From positions 384,001 through 448,000 of the forward strand of contig CAXMWX010000001.1 in the NCBI GenBank assembly GCA_963422205.2: DNA of 64,000 nt, in the 5' to 3' direction. Both the position numbers and the translations under genes were made by a program. Below the pieces are notes generated by a model. The model did not search any database. It was given only the letters and a program-made list of their open reading frames with translations, and was not told where the DNA came from. Source of the stretch: Gammaproteobacteria bacterium. Its GTDB lineage: Bacteria > Pseudomonadota > Gammaproteobacteria > Eutrophobiales > Eutrophobiaceae. Of this stretch, positions 56,201 to 64,000 are shown one piece after another (positions within the stretch are counted from its first letter, which is position 1; the number at the start of each line of letters is the position of its first letter).

Positions 56201-56341
56201 CTCGGCGATCTCTTCGCCCCGCTCGACCTCGGCTGGAAGGCAAGAGCCGACAAAGAACAGGCGCTGATGGCCGACCTCATCCCGCTGCTGAAAAAACGCA
56301 GCGCAGGCAGGGAGATTTCAGGGCTGACGGCCTATGAGTAA
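53273..56341 (+). CDS. hsdR: Type I restriction endonuclease subunit R (start uncertain)
   Basis: VQIELK, IWHTTGSGKT, DECH, VVDMLLTGFD, LIQAFSRTNR. Confidence 0.96.
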   Translation: MIVNEQYIEDKLIGKLSDLKYTHRPDIRDRATLERNFRQKFETLNRITLTDAEFKRLLDDIVTSDVYDAANRLRNRQTFIREDGTPLNYTLVNLTDWCKNDFEVINQLRMNTDYSHHRYDVELLINGIPVVQIELKTLGISPRRAMEQIVEYKNDPGNGYTRTLLCFVQLFIVSNRDHTFYFANNNHAHFTFDADERFLPVYEFADEDNRKITHLDDFAARFLQKCDLGRTISRYMVLIQSEQKLMVMRPYQVYAVQQIVKCIEDDAGNGYIWHTTGSGKTLTSFKAATLLKQNDDIHKCLFVVDRKDLDRQTREEFNRFQEGCVEENTNTETLVRRLYSRDYADKVIVTTIQKLGLALDKDSRRNRQRKRNHEPTYKQLLEPLSDKRLVFIFDECHRSQFGENHKAIKAFFPKAQLFGFTGTPIFEQNATSTQVTDELATLRTTEDLFQKQLHAYTITHAIEDKNVLRFHVDYFKPNEEDGKHNKDGNDDRHDKKPPKPEEGIAKRAVIEAILTKHDTATVERRFNAILATASINDAIAYYDLFKQMQTRRQQEDPEFQPLNIACVFSPPAEGDKDVIQIQEDLPHEKQDNAVEPEKKKAALKDILNDYNDRYGANHTISEFDLYYQDIQKRIKDHQWPNADFPRAQKIDITIVVDMLLTGFDSKYLNTLYVDKNLQHHGLIQAFSRTNRVLNDTKPNGNILDFRGQQARVDAAIALFSGEKTAEQAREIWLVDKAPVVIGKLEAAVQQLSGFMKSQGLETAPKAVPNLKGDAARAGFINHFKEVQRLKTQLDQYTDLTEDNKAAIERVLPDEQHRGFKGAYLDTAQRLKAQQGRGKSQGEGNEPADTRNTTQLDFEFVLFASALIDYDYIMRLMTRFSANAPGKSKMTHEQLIGLISADAKFMDEREDIAAYIATLKPGEGLSETAIREGYTRFKAEKNAAELAAIAARHGLATEALQTFVDSILSRMIFDAEKLGDLFAPLDLGWKARADKEQALMADLIPLLKKRSAGREISGLTAYE

Positions 56342-56447
56342 CCCTCACACAACCTCACCCCCACGACGGGGAAACCCCGGGCAGAACAGGCGCACAGACC
56401 GGAAAATCCTGCCTATCTTCGTCATCATGTAAAACAGGTGCAGATTC

Positions 56448-57488
56448 ATGACCAAAAAGACCGACATCAACAAGGCGTTTTACACTGAAATCAGCGGCCT
56501 GCTGGCGCAGGCAAGAAGCCAGTCATACCGGGCGGTCAACATCATTATGGTGCAAACCTACTGGCAGGTCGGCAGGCGTATTGTCGAGCAGGAACAACAA
56601 GGTAGTAGCCGCGCAGGCTATGGCGAGCACCTCATCACCAGCCTTTCCAGACACCTGACCGACACCCTCGGCAAAGGCTTCTCGGAGGCCAATCTGAAAA
56701 ACATAAGGCAGTTTTATCTGGTATTCCCGGACTTTGACCAATTCGCTACGCACTGCGTAGCGAATCTCAGCTGGACCAATACCCGGACGATTATGCGCCT
56801 GGAAAACCCCGAAGAGAGAGCCTTTTACCTCAAAGAAGCCTCCTCGCAAAACTGGAGTTCACGGCAACTGCAACGCAATATCAAAAGCGACTACTACCAT
56901 CGCCTGCTATCCACCCAGCGCAACCCGGCCGCCCCGGAAACAGCGCCGCCCCAGGCGGCAGATTTTATTAAAGACCCGTACATCATGGAATTTTTAGGCG
57001 CTGCCGAGCAGATCACCAGCACGGAATCGGCGCTGGAACAAGCCCTCATTGATAACCTGCAACAGGTTTTGCTGGAACTCGGCAAGGGGTTTTCCTTTGT
57101 TGCCCGCCAGATGCGTATCAGCACCGAAACCACACATTTTTATATCGACCTGGTGTTTTACAATTATCTGCTCAAATGTTTTATCATCATTGATTTGAAA
57201 ACCCGCAAGCTCAGCCATGCCGACATCGGACAGATGGACATGTATGTCCGCATGTTTGATGCGCTAAAGCGAGGCACGGATGACAACCCGACCCTCGGCA
57301 TTATCCTCTGTACCGAAAAAGATGAGACCCTGGTGAAGTACTCGGTATTGCAGGAAAACCAGCAGCTATTTGCCTCCAAATACAAAACCCTGCTGCCCAG
57401 CGAACAGGAAATAGCCGACAGAATTGCCCGCCAGAGAACCCTGGCAGATACCCGCCAGCCATCCGGGCAATCGCGTTCAGGCCAATGA
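56448..57488 (+). CDS. DUF1016/YhcG PD-(D/E)xK nuclease-domain protein
   Basis: YWQVGRRIVE, KDPY, LLELGKGFSF, IDLVFYN, GQMDMY, FASKY. Confidence 0.92.
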   Translation: MTKKTDINKAFYTEISGLLAQARSQSYRAVNIIMVQTYWQVGRRIVEQEQQGSSRAGYGEHLITSLSRHLTDTLGKGFSEANLKNIRQFYLVFPDFDQFATHCVANLSWTNTRTIMRLENPEERAFYLKEASSQNWSSRQLQRNIKSDYYHRLLSTQRNPAAPETAPPQAADFIKDPYIMEFLGAAEQITSTESALEQALIDNLQQVLLELGKGFSFVARQMRISTETTHFYIDLVFYNYLLKCFIIIDLKTRKLSHADIGQMDMYVRMFDALKRGTDDNPTLGIILCTEKDETLVKYSVLQENQQLFASKYKTLLPSEQEIADRIARQRTLADTRQPSGQSRSGQ

Positions 57489-57515
57489 ATAAACCAGACA
57501 ACAATAGACAACCCC

Positions 57516-57937
57516 ATGAATCAAGATAAACCAGATGGCAATATCGTTTTGATAATTACCAACGCGCATTCAGCTTATTGCACGAAGCGATTGAATTACA
57601 AGATGACAAACCCCTGTCCGATCTGGAAAAAGAAGGCATTATTCAACGCTTTGAATACACTTGGGAACTGGCATGGAAAACCCTCAAGGATTATCTGGAA
57701 CATGAGGGTGTGGTGTTCGATAAAATCACCCCTAAAGCGGTTATCATAAAAGCCATTGAAGCAAAGGTTATCAGCAATCACGAACAGTGGATGAAAGCCC
57801 TGGACGACCGCAACAAGATGAGCCATGTTTATAACCACAGTGACTTTGAAAAAGTCATAGAAAATATTACCCGGCATTATCTGGCATTATTCGACACGCT
57901 CTATGAGAAATTGCTCAATGAAATCCTGCAACCATGA
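57516..57937 (+). CDS. HEPN protein (HI0074 nucleotidyltransferase substrate-binding family), -1 frameshift near 57532
   Basis: EGIIQRFEYTWELAWKTLKDYL and RNKMSHVY (RX4HXY); ATG 57516 is one base out of frame with RWQYRFDNY. Confidence 0.85.
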
Positions 57938-59652
57938 ACAACGACATTGACCACGGACTATCGCCCGGCGAATTACGCATCGTGCGGAACATCCTCAGCC
58001 CCTACCAACAACACATTGATAAAGTCGGTATTTTTGGCTCCAGGGCAAACGGCAACTATAAAGAATACTCCGATATTGATTTAGTGCTCTATGGCAACCT
58101 GGCCCAACAAGACCTGGCCCGCCTGCATACCCTGTTCGATGAAAGCCAATTAGGGGTAAGGGTGGACATCAATGCCTATCACCTGATTGCCTATCCCCCG
58201 CTGAAAAGACATATCGACAGCAAACACAAAACGCTGTTTACCGGCCAGGATTTACACCATGGGGGTGAGTTGCCTTCGGCTACGCTCAGGCAGCGGTCGG
58301 GGGGTGAGTCAGACAGTTCAACAGCGGTGGGTGAGCGGAGCCGAACCCCCGAATTGCGTTTCCCGGAATTTCGGGACAAGGGGGAGTGGGAGGTGAAACG
58401 AATTGATGAAATTGCCGATGTTGTTGCTTCCGGCGATTTAGATAAAGAATCTTTTTCACCACAAATGACGGATGAACATGTTTTTCCTATTTACTCCAAT
58501 TCTGTATCTAATGAAGGCTTGTACGGATACAATAACTATTCGAAATATCAGCCAAATAGCATCACAATTACCGCAAGGGGGACATTAGGAGTTGCCTTTG
58601 TAAGAAATACTGAATTTGTTGGTATTGGAAGACTTTTGGTTGTTTCTGAGTTGAGAAATATCGATCCAATATTCTTAAAAGAAAACTGGAATCAATATGC
58701 CAGAATTCCCCTTGAAAATGGCGGTATTCCGCAACTTACTGCGATAAAAACTAAAAGTGTTTCTTTGCTGTTTCCAGAGTTTGAAGAACAACAAAAAATC
58801 GCCGATTGCCTGTCTTCCCTTGACGACCTGATTGGCGCGCATATCGAAAAGCGCGAAGTGCTCAAAGCCCACAAGCGCGGCCTGATGCAACAGCTTTTTC
58901 CTCCGCCGCCTTCGACTACGCTTAAGAATCGGTCGGGTGGTGAGTCAGATAGTTCAACAACGGTGGGTGAGCCGCCTTCGGCTACGCTCAGGCAGCGGTC
59001 AGATAGTTCAACAGCGGTGGGTGAGCGGAGCCGAACCCCCGCATTGCGCTTCCCTGAATTTCGGGACAGTGGGGCGTGGGAGGAAAAAGAACTAGGAATG
59101 GTGAGTGATGTTCGGGATGGTACCCATGACTCCCCCAGATTTGTCAGTACAGGAATGCCACTCGTAACATCAAAAAATTTACTCGCTGACGGCTCATTAG
59201 ACCTCGGTAACGTAAATCTGATCTCAAATAAAGACTATGAGAAAATAAACAAGCGTTCAAACGTAAACGTAGGCGACATACTTTTCGGGATGATAGGAAC
59301 AATAGGAAATCCCGTTTTAGTTGAGTCTGATGAATTTGCAATAAAGAATGTCGCTCTAATCAAAGAAAAGAATGAGTTATTAAACGAATACCTTGTCTAT
59401 CTTTTAGACAGCCAATACATGTTTGATAAATTTCAGATGTTAGCTACTGGAAATACTCAGAAATTTATTGCTTTGGGAAAAATAAGAAGTCTAGTGGTGC
59501 CGCTACCAGTAAAAAAAGAACAACAAAAAATCGCTTCCTGCCTGTCATCTTTAGATGAGTTAATCACCGCCCAGTCGGAGAAAATCGCCCAACTGCAACA
59601 ACACAAAAAGGGCCTGCTGCAGCAACTTTTTCCTCGTGTTACAGGAGAATGA
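57934..59652 (+). CDS. hsdS: Minimal nucleotidyltransferase (to ~58260) in frame with type I specificity subunit (two TRDs)
   Basis: FGSRANGNYKEYSDIDL; then PELRFPEF, EQQKIADCLSSLDDLI, GLMQQLFP conserved regions, each present twice. Confidence 0.9.
   Translation: MNNDIDHGLSPGELRIVRNILSPYQQHIDKVGIFGSRANGNYKEYSDIDLVLYGNLAQQDLARLHTLFDESQLGVRVDINAYHLIAYPPLKRHIDSKHKTLFTGQDLHHGGELPSATLRQRSGGESDSSTAVGERSRTPELRFPEFRDKGEWEVKRIDEIADVVASGDLDKESFSPQMTDEHVFPIYSNSVSNEGLYGYNNYSKYQPNSITITARGTLGVAFVRNTEFVGIGRLLVVSELRNIDPIFLKENWNQYARIPLENGGIPQLTAIKTKSVSLLFPEFEEQQKIADCLSSLDDLIGAHIEKREVLKAHKRGLMQQLFPPPPSTTLKNRSGGESDSSTTVGEPPSATLRQRSDSSTAVGERSRTPALRFPEFRDSGAWEEKELGMVSDVRDGTHDSPRFVSTGMPLVTSKNLLADGSLDLGNVNLISNKDYEKINKRSNVNVGDILFGMIGTIGNPVLVESDEFAIKNVALIKEKNELLNEYLVYLLDSQYMFDKFQMLATGNTQKFIALGKIRSLVVPLPVKKEQQKIASCLSSLDELITAQSEKIAQLQQHKKGLLQQLFPRVTGE
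58272..59040 (+). repeat. Three related in-frame palindromic units in hsdS (58272-58350, 58908-58972, 58974-59040)
   Basis: CCTTCGRCTACGCTYARG...GGTGGGTGAGCGGAGCCGAACC, encoding PSATLRQRS...TAVGERSRT. Confidence 0.88.
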
Positions 59653-59655
59653 AAT

Positions 59656-61326
59656 ATGAATAATACACTGAAACTCAACTCAAAAGATGAGTCATTAAGA
59701 GAAGTATTAAGCAATGGCAAGAAATACTTCGTGCCCAAATTTCAACGCGATTATTCATGGGAAAATGAGCATTGGGAAATCTTCTGGGAGGATATAGAAA
59801 ATGTATTGCAGGGAGAAAATGAATATCATTATATGGGTTACTTGGTGCTGCAAGAAGCCGAACAAAATCAATTCAAGATTATTGATGGACAGCAGAGACT
59901 CACAACCTTTTCTTTACTGGTGCTGGCCGCTATCAAGCGGCTGAAAGACGCAGCGCAGAATGAACAGGAACGCATGGATGAGTTACATAAGAATTTTATA
60001 GGGAGTAAGGATTTAATAAAACTTCAGATGACCAATAAGCTGAAATTAAACAGAAATAATGAGTATTACTTTAACGAGGCTGTCGCTGGCCATGATTTGC
60101 CTAAACGGGGAGTGAAGAAAACCGTGCATCTGATGAGAAAAGCGCTCGATTATTTCTATGGTGCTTTTGGGGATAAAACCGGGGAAAAGATCGGGGAAAT
60201 TATCGAAACGACCAGCCAGAATCTGCTTTTTACGACGATCTACATCGGCAGTGAACTCAATGCGTACAAGGTTTTTGAAACACTGAATGCGCGTGGTGTG
60301 CAGCTCTCTTCTGGGGATTTATTAAAAAATTATCTCTTCTCTGTTATTGATCAAAAGAACACGGCACCGGATGAAGTGATTGATCGATTGGATAAGAAAT
60401 GGGAGAAAATTGGCAGCGACATAGGTGATAATCATTACACGGATTACATTTTGTGTGACTGGAACAGCGCCCATTCACTCGTGAGAAAATCCGCGTTATT
60501 CAAAGAGATTCGAGATGAACTGGACACAACTGAAAAAGCGGATAATTACCTAAGCAGGTTAGCAAATAACAGTCAGCTTTATCATGCGCTGTTGAATCCT
60601 GATGATGAATTCTGGAAAGGTGATCAAGACTATCTTGCAATCAAAACCGATCTGCTTTTTTTGCGCCTGTTCAATATCAGGCAACCAGTCAGTCTGCTTT
60701 ATGCTGCCCACCTGAATACGCGGAACAGTTTCGCAAAAATATTACACTGGATTGCTTTGTTTTCGTTGCGATATAACGTGATATGCAGAGAACCCCCCAG
60801 TGAACAGGAAAGGCTTTACAACAAGATAAGTGTGTTGTTGTCAAACTCTACGGAGGGGACAAGTCAATTATTGCATAAAATCAAAAAAGAGATTGAAAGG
60901 CTCTGCCCTATGGATGAGGAGTTCAAGCAGAATTTTACGAATAAAACCATGCCGACCGAACAGTCCAACAAAAAAGCCCGTTATCTGCTCGCCAGATTGG
61001 CAGAGCAAGGCGGAGCGAATGCCATAGATGAGACCAGGCTGACCGTTGAGCATATTTTGCCTGCTCATCCAGAGAGTGAATGGATTGATGATTTTGGCGA
61101 TAACTGGCAGCTTTTCACGCAAAGAATCGGCAATATGGCGCTGGTTACCAAGAATCAAAATGAGCGGTTAGGGCAGCAGGCTTTTGCAGATAAAAAACAG
61201 ATATTATGCGCTTCTGAATACGCCATTAACGATGTTGCGGATTATGAAACATGGGATTCCCAGAGCGTTGAATCACGGCAGAATCGCTTGGCAGACATTG
61301 CCGTTCAGCTTTGGCGAATAGATTGA
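59656..61326 (+). CDS. GmrSD-family DUF262 + DUF1524(HNH) protein
   Basis: VPKFQRDYSW, IIDGQQRLTT, FETLNARG, VEHILP, IGNMAL; AT-rich. Confidence 0.92.
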   Translation: MNNTLKLNSKDESLREVLSNGKKYFVPKFQRDYSWENEHWEIFWEDIENVLQGENEYHYMGYLVLQEAEQNQFKIIDGQQRLTTFSLLVLAAIKRLKDAAQNEQERMDELHKNFIGSKDLIKLQMTNKLKLNRNNEYYFNEAVAGHDLPKRGVKKTVHLMRKALDYFYGAFGDKTGEKIGEIIETTSQNLLFTTIYIGSELNAYKVFETLNARGVQLSSGDLLKNYLFSVIDQKNTAPDEVIDRLDKKWEKIGSDIGDNHYTDYILCDWNSAHSLVRKSALFKEIRDELDTTEKADNYLSRLANNSQLYHALLNPDDEFWKGDQDYLAIKTDLLFLRLFNIRQPVSLLYAAHLNTRNSFAKILHWIALFSLRYNVICREPPSEQERLYNKISVLLSNSTEGTSQLLHKIKKEIERLCPMDEEFKQNFTNKTMPTEQSNKKARYLLARLAEQGGANAIDETRLTVEHILPAHPESEWIDDFGDNWQLFTQRIGNMALVTKNQNERLGQQAFADKKQILCASEYAINDVADYETWDSQSVESRQNRLADIAVQLWRID

Positions 61327-61362
61327 TCACCGCCCAGTCGGAGAAAATAGCCCAACTGCAAC
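61326..61362 (+). repeat. 37-bp copy (36/37) of hsdS 3' segment 59563-59599
   Basis: ATCACCGCCCAGTCGGAGAAAAT(C/A)GCCCAACTGCAAC at both sites. Confidence 0.92.
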
Positions 61363-61528
61363 TGTGCCGTTCTGGGCCTGATGCTTATTTCATTGGGAAA
61401 TCCCTTCGGGCGATTTATCTACCTTATCCTATTGATAATAAAGATATTTTTTATTTCACTGGAAAATACTTTTGACACAGATTGCCACCGAAGAGGCAAG
61501 TAAAGAGAAAAACCCTGAACCCTGAACC

Positions 61529-63169
61529 ATGACCGACGAAGATCAAAAACAACTGGGTAGCACCCTCTGGAAGATTGCCGATGACCTGCGCGGGGCGATG
61601 AACGCCGATGACTTCCGCGACTACATGCTGTCCTTCCTCTTCCTGCGTTATCTCTCCGACAACTACGAAGCGGCGGCAAAGAAAGAACTCGGCAGAGACT
61701 ATCCCGAGACTGGCGGCGACAGCGCCGAGGTGCCCCTGGCGCTCTGGTATGCAGATAACCAGGACGATACCACAGCGTTTGAAAAACAGATGCGGCGTAA
61801 GGTGCATTACGTGATCAAGCCGGAGCACCTGTGGAGCAGCATCGCCAATCTGGCACGCATGCAGAACAGCGAGCTTCTGAACACACTGCAAGCGGGCTTT
61901 AAATACATCGAAGAGGAATCCTTTGAGAGCACGTTCTCCGGCTTGTTTTCGGAAATCAACCTCCACTCCGACAAGCTCGGCAAAACCTATGAAGACCGGA
62001 ACGCCAGGCTTTGCACTGTCATTCAAAAAATAGCCGAAGGATTGAACGCCTTCTCAACGGACATCGACACACTGGGCGATGCCTATGAATACCTGATCGG
62101 TCAGTTCGCCGCCGGGTCCGGCAAGAAGGCCGGCGAGTTCTATACGCCGCAGCAAATCTCCGACATCTTGTCTGCCATCGTTACGCTGGACAGCCAGGAA
62201 CCAAAAACCGGCACGAAAGAGCGGCTGACGACGGTCATGGATTTTGCCTGCGGTTCTGGCTCGCTGCTGCTCAACGTGCGTAAACGGATAAACAACGCAG
62301 GCGGCACTATCGGAAAAATTTTAGGCCAAGAGAAAAACATCACCACCTACAACCTGGCCCGAATGAACATGTTGTTGCACGGGGTGAAGGACACGGAGTT
62401 TGACGTCTTCCACGGCGACACGCTGGGCAACGAGTGGGACAGCCTGCGCGAGTTGAACCCGGCCAGGAAGCCAGCCTTTGACGCCGTTGTCGCCAACCCG
62501 CCGTTCAGCTATCGCTGGACGCCCGGCGAGGGCATGGGTGACGATGTGCGCTTCAAAAGTCATGGGTTGGCGCCCAAGTCCGCCGCCGATTTTGCGTTTC
62601 TGCTGCACGGTTTTCATTATCTGAAAGACGATGGGGTCATGGCCATCATTCTGCCGCACGGCGTGCTTTTCCGTGGCGGGGCAGAGGCGCGCATCCGCAC
62701 CAAATTGCTGCAAGATGGCCACATTGACACGGTCATCGGCCTGCCGGCCAATCTGTTCTACTCCACCGGCATCCCGGTGTGCATTCTGGTGTTGAAAAAA
62801 TGCAAAAAACCCGATGATGTGCTGTTTATCAATGCCAGCGAGCATTTTGAGAAGGGCAAACGCCAGAACCAGCTCAAACCCGAGCACATCGACAAGATCA
62901 TCGACACCTATCAGTATCGGAAAGAGGCCGACCGCTGGGCCCGCCGGGTGGAAATCGCCGAGCTCGAGAAGAATGACTACAACCTCAATATCTCGCGCTA
63001 TGTCAGCACGACCAGAGCTGAAGAGGAAATTGATTTAACCCAGACCCACCAGCGACTGCGCCACATCGAAAACCGGATGCACCAGGCGATGGACAAGCAC
63101 AATGCGTTTCTTGCCGAACTGGGGCTGCCCCGCCTGCCACTTTTGCCCGAAGCAGATAACATTGACTGA
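61529..63169 (+). CDS. hsdM: Type I methyltransferase subunit M
   Basis: LWKIADDLRGAM, GEFYTPQ, DFACGSGSLL, VANPPF, YNLNISRYV. Confidence 0.97.
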   Translation: MTDEDQKQLGSTLWKIADDLRGAMNADDFRDYMLSFLFLRYLSDNYEAAAKKELGRDYPETGGDSAEVPLALWYADNQDDTTAFEKQMRRKVHYVIKPEHLWSSIANLARMQNSELLNTLQAGFKYIEEESFESTFSGLFSEINLHSDKLGKTYEDRNARLCTVIQKIAEGLNAFSTDIDTLGDAYEYLIGQFAAGSGKKAGEFYTPQQISDILSAIVTLDSQEPKTGTKERLTTVMDFACGSGSLLLNVRKRINNAGGTIGKILGQEKNITTYNLARMNMLLHGVKDTEFDVFHGDTLGNEWDSLRELNPARKPAFDAVVANPPFSYRWTPGEGMGDDVRFKSHGLAPKSAADFAFLLHGFHYLKDDGVMAIILPHGVLFRGGAEARIRTKLLQDGHIDTVIGLPANLFYSTGIPVCILVLKKCKKPDDVLFINASEHFEKGKRQNQLKPEHIDKIIDTYQYRKEADRWARRVEIAELEKNDYNLNISRYVSTTRAEEEIDLTQTHQRLRHIENRMHQAMDKHNAFLAELGLPRLPLLPEADNID

Positions 63170-63578
63170 TTATGTGATCGATAGCCCCAGCCGCCGGCGT
63201 TAGGCGATTGTCCTGATATGAGCATGTGTGTGCCATGCTGCATCTGTGGTGGAGGGCGAGAGGGCAGCAGAGCGTGTCAACGATGCCCTGATTGAAACCA
63301 TCCTTGTGGCCTGGGCAGGCAATCATGGCCGTGCATGGTCGCTGTCATGATCTGCCGGGTGTCGGGACAGCGGCGCCGGCCATGTTGCCATGGCGCAAAC
63401 TCCCTGATACAATCTGCCGCCACTGTCAGGCACACCTGATAACAGCCGCTGATTATTCTGGTAGATTATTTTGGTGGATTATCAGGGTGTGCTTGTCGGC
63501 AGGAGGGGCGAATCGCTGCTTGAAAAAGCCAAGATACGCTGGTTGCCCGCCCCCGCTATCAGTATTTACGGTTTCGAT

Positions 63579-63602
63579 AGCCCCGCAGGATGGGGTTTTT
63601 TT
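63579..63602 (+). terminator. Intrinsic terminator-like hairpin after the att copy
   Basis: AGCCCC-GCAGGAT-GGGGTT plus T tract. Confidence 0.6.
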
Positions 63603-63704
63603 ACGCCTGTTGTTCAGCCGGTGTGTGGTTGGACGCCAGAGGCCAGGCGGGTAACTCGGCTGAATCATGTTTATCTGGCGAAGGAGTGATATACATGCGG
63701 TATG

Positions 63705-63728
63705 AAAGTGGGCTTTGCGCCCATTTTT
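63705..63728 (+). promoter_or_regulatory. rimP leader-type hairpin
   Basis: AAAGTGGGC-TTTGC-GCCCATTTT about 50 nt before rimP. Confidence 0.6.
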
Positions 63729-63778
63729 CGTTTCCGGTTCTTGCATCAGGTGAGTGGGCAGGCCGATGAGTAGACCGG

Positions 63779-64000
63779 ATGAATAGACAAGACATCGGGC
63801 TTGAGGCCTTGTTGCGCCCGGTTGTCGTCGGGCTGGGTTATGACTTGTGGGGGATAGAGCGGCTTGGCAGTCACGGTGCGCCCCTGGTTCGGTTGTATAT
63901 CGATGCAGCACAAGGCATCACGCTGGCTGATTGCGAGGCGGTCAGCCGCCAGGTCGCTGCGGTGCTGGATGTGCATGATCCGATCAAGGGGCGTTATACC
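63779..64000 (+). CDS. rimP: Ribosome maturation factor RimP, runs off the right edge
   Basis: MNRQDIGLEALLRPVVVGLGYDLWGIE...VRLYID..GITLADCEAVSRQVAAVLDVHDPI. Confidence 0.93.
   Translation, partial: MNRQDIGLEALLRPVVVGLGYDLWGIERLGSHGAPLVRLYIDAAQGITLADCEAVSRQVAAVLDVHDPIKGRYT

Larger units (their letters stand above)
53061..63561. mobile_element. tRNA-fMet-anchored defence island without integrase
   Basis: tRNA 3' end CCTGCCCCCGCTACCA (53061-53076) recurs 14/16 at 63546-63561; separates tRNA-fMet from rimP. Confidence 0.7.

Overview
Gammaproteobacterial chromosome segment, mostly housekeeping: galU, uvrB, maeB, thrS-infC-rpmI-rplT-pheST-ihfA, glmS, tolC, apt, aas, rnhA-dnaQ, argD-argF, pcm-nlpD-rpoS, adk, rimP and four tRNAs (Asn, Val, Pro, fMet). 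There are three accessory zones. (1) A glycan-modification patch at 27-32 kb with two long poly-G tracts. (2) A 50-53 kb mosaic: decayed AmmeMemoRadiSam gene, a paaK-like scrap, a sulfotransferase with 48 heptamer repeats after its start codon, and an integrase-core transposase relic interrupted by five short palindromic inserts. (3) A ~10.5 kb integrase-less defence island between tRNA-fMet and rimP, bounded by a degenerate copy of the tRNA 3' end. It holds a type I R-M system interleaved with a DUF1016/YhcG nuclease, a HEPN-MNT pair and a GmrSD-type nuclease; its hsdS carries in-frame palindromic inserts related to those in the transposase relic. Several non-essential genes carry single-base frameshifts, so apparent fusions and splits (nlpD-rpoS, MNT-hsdS, glnE) need read-level confirmation. 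All protein assignments are by motif recognition; no database search was run.
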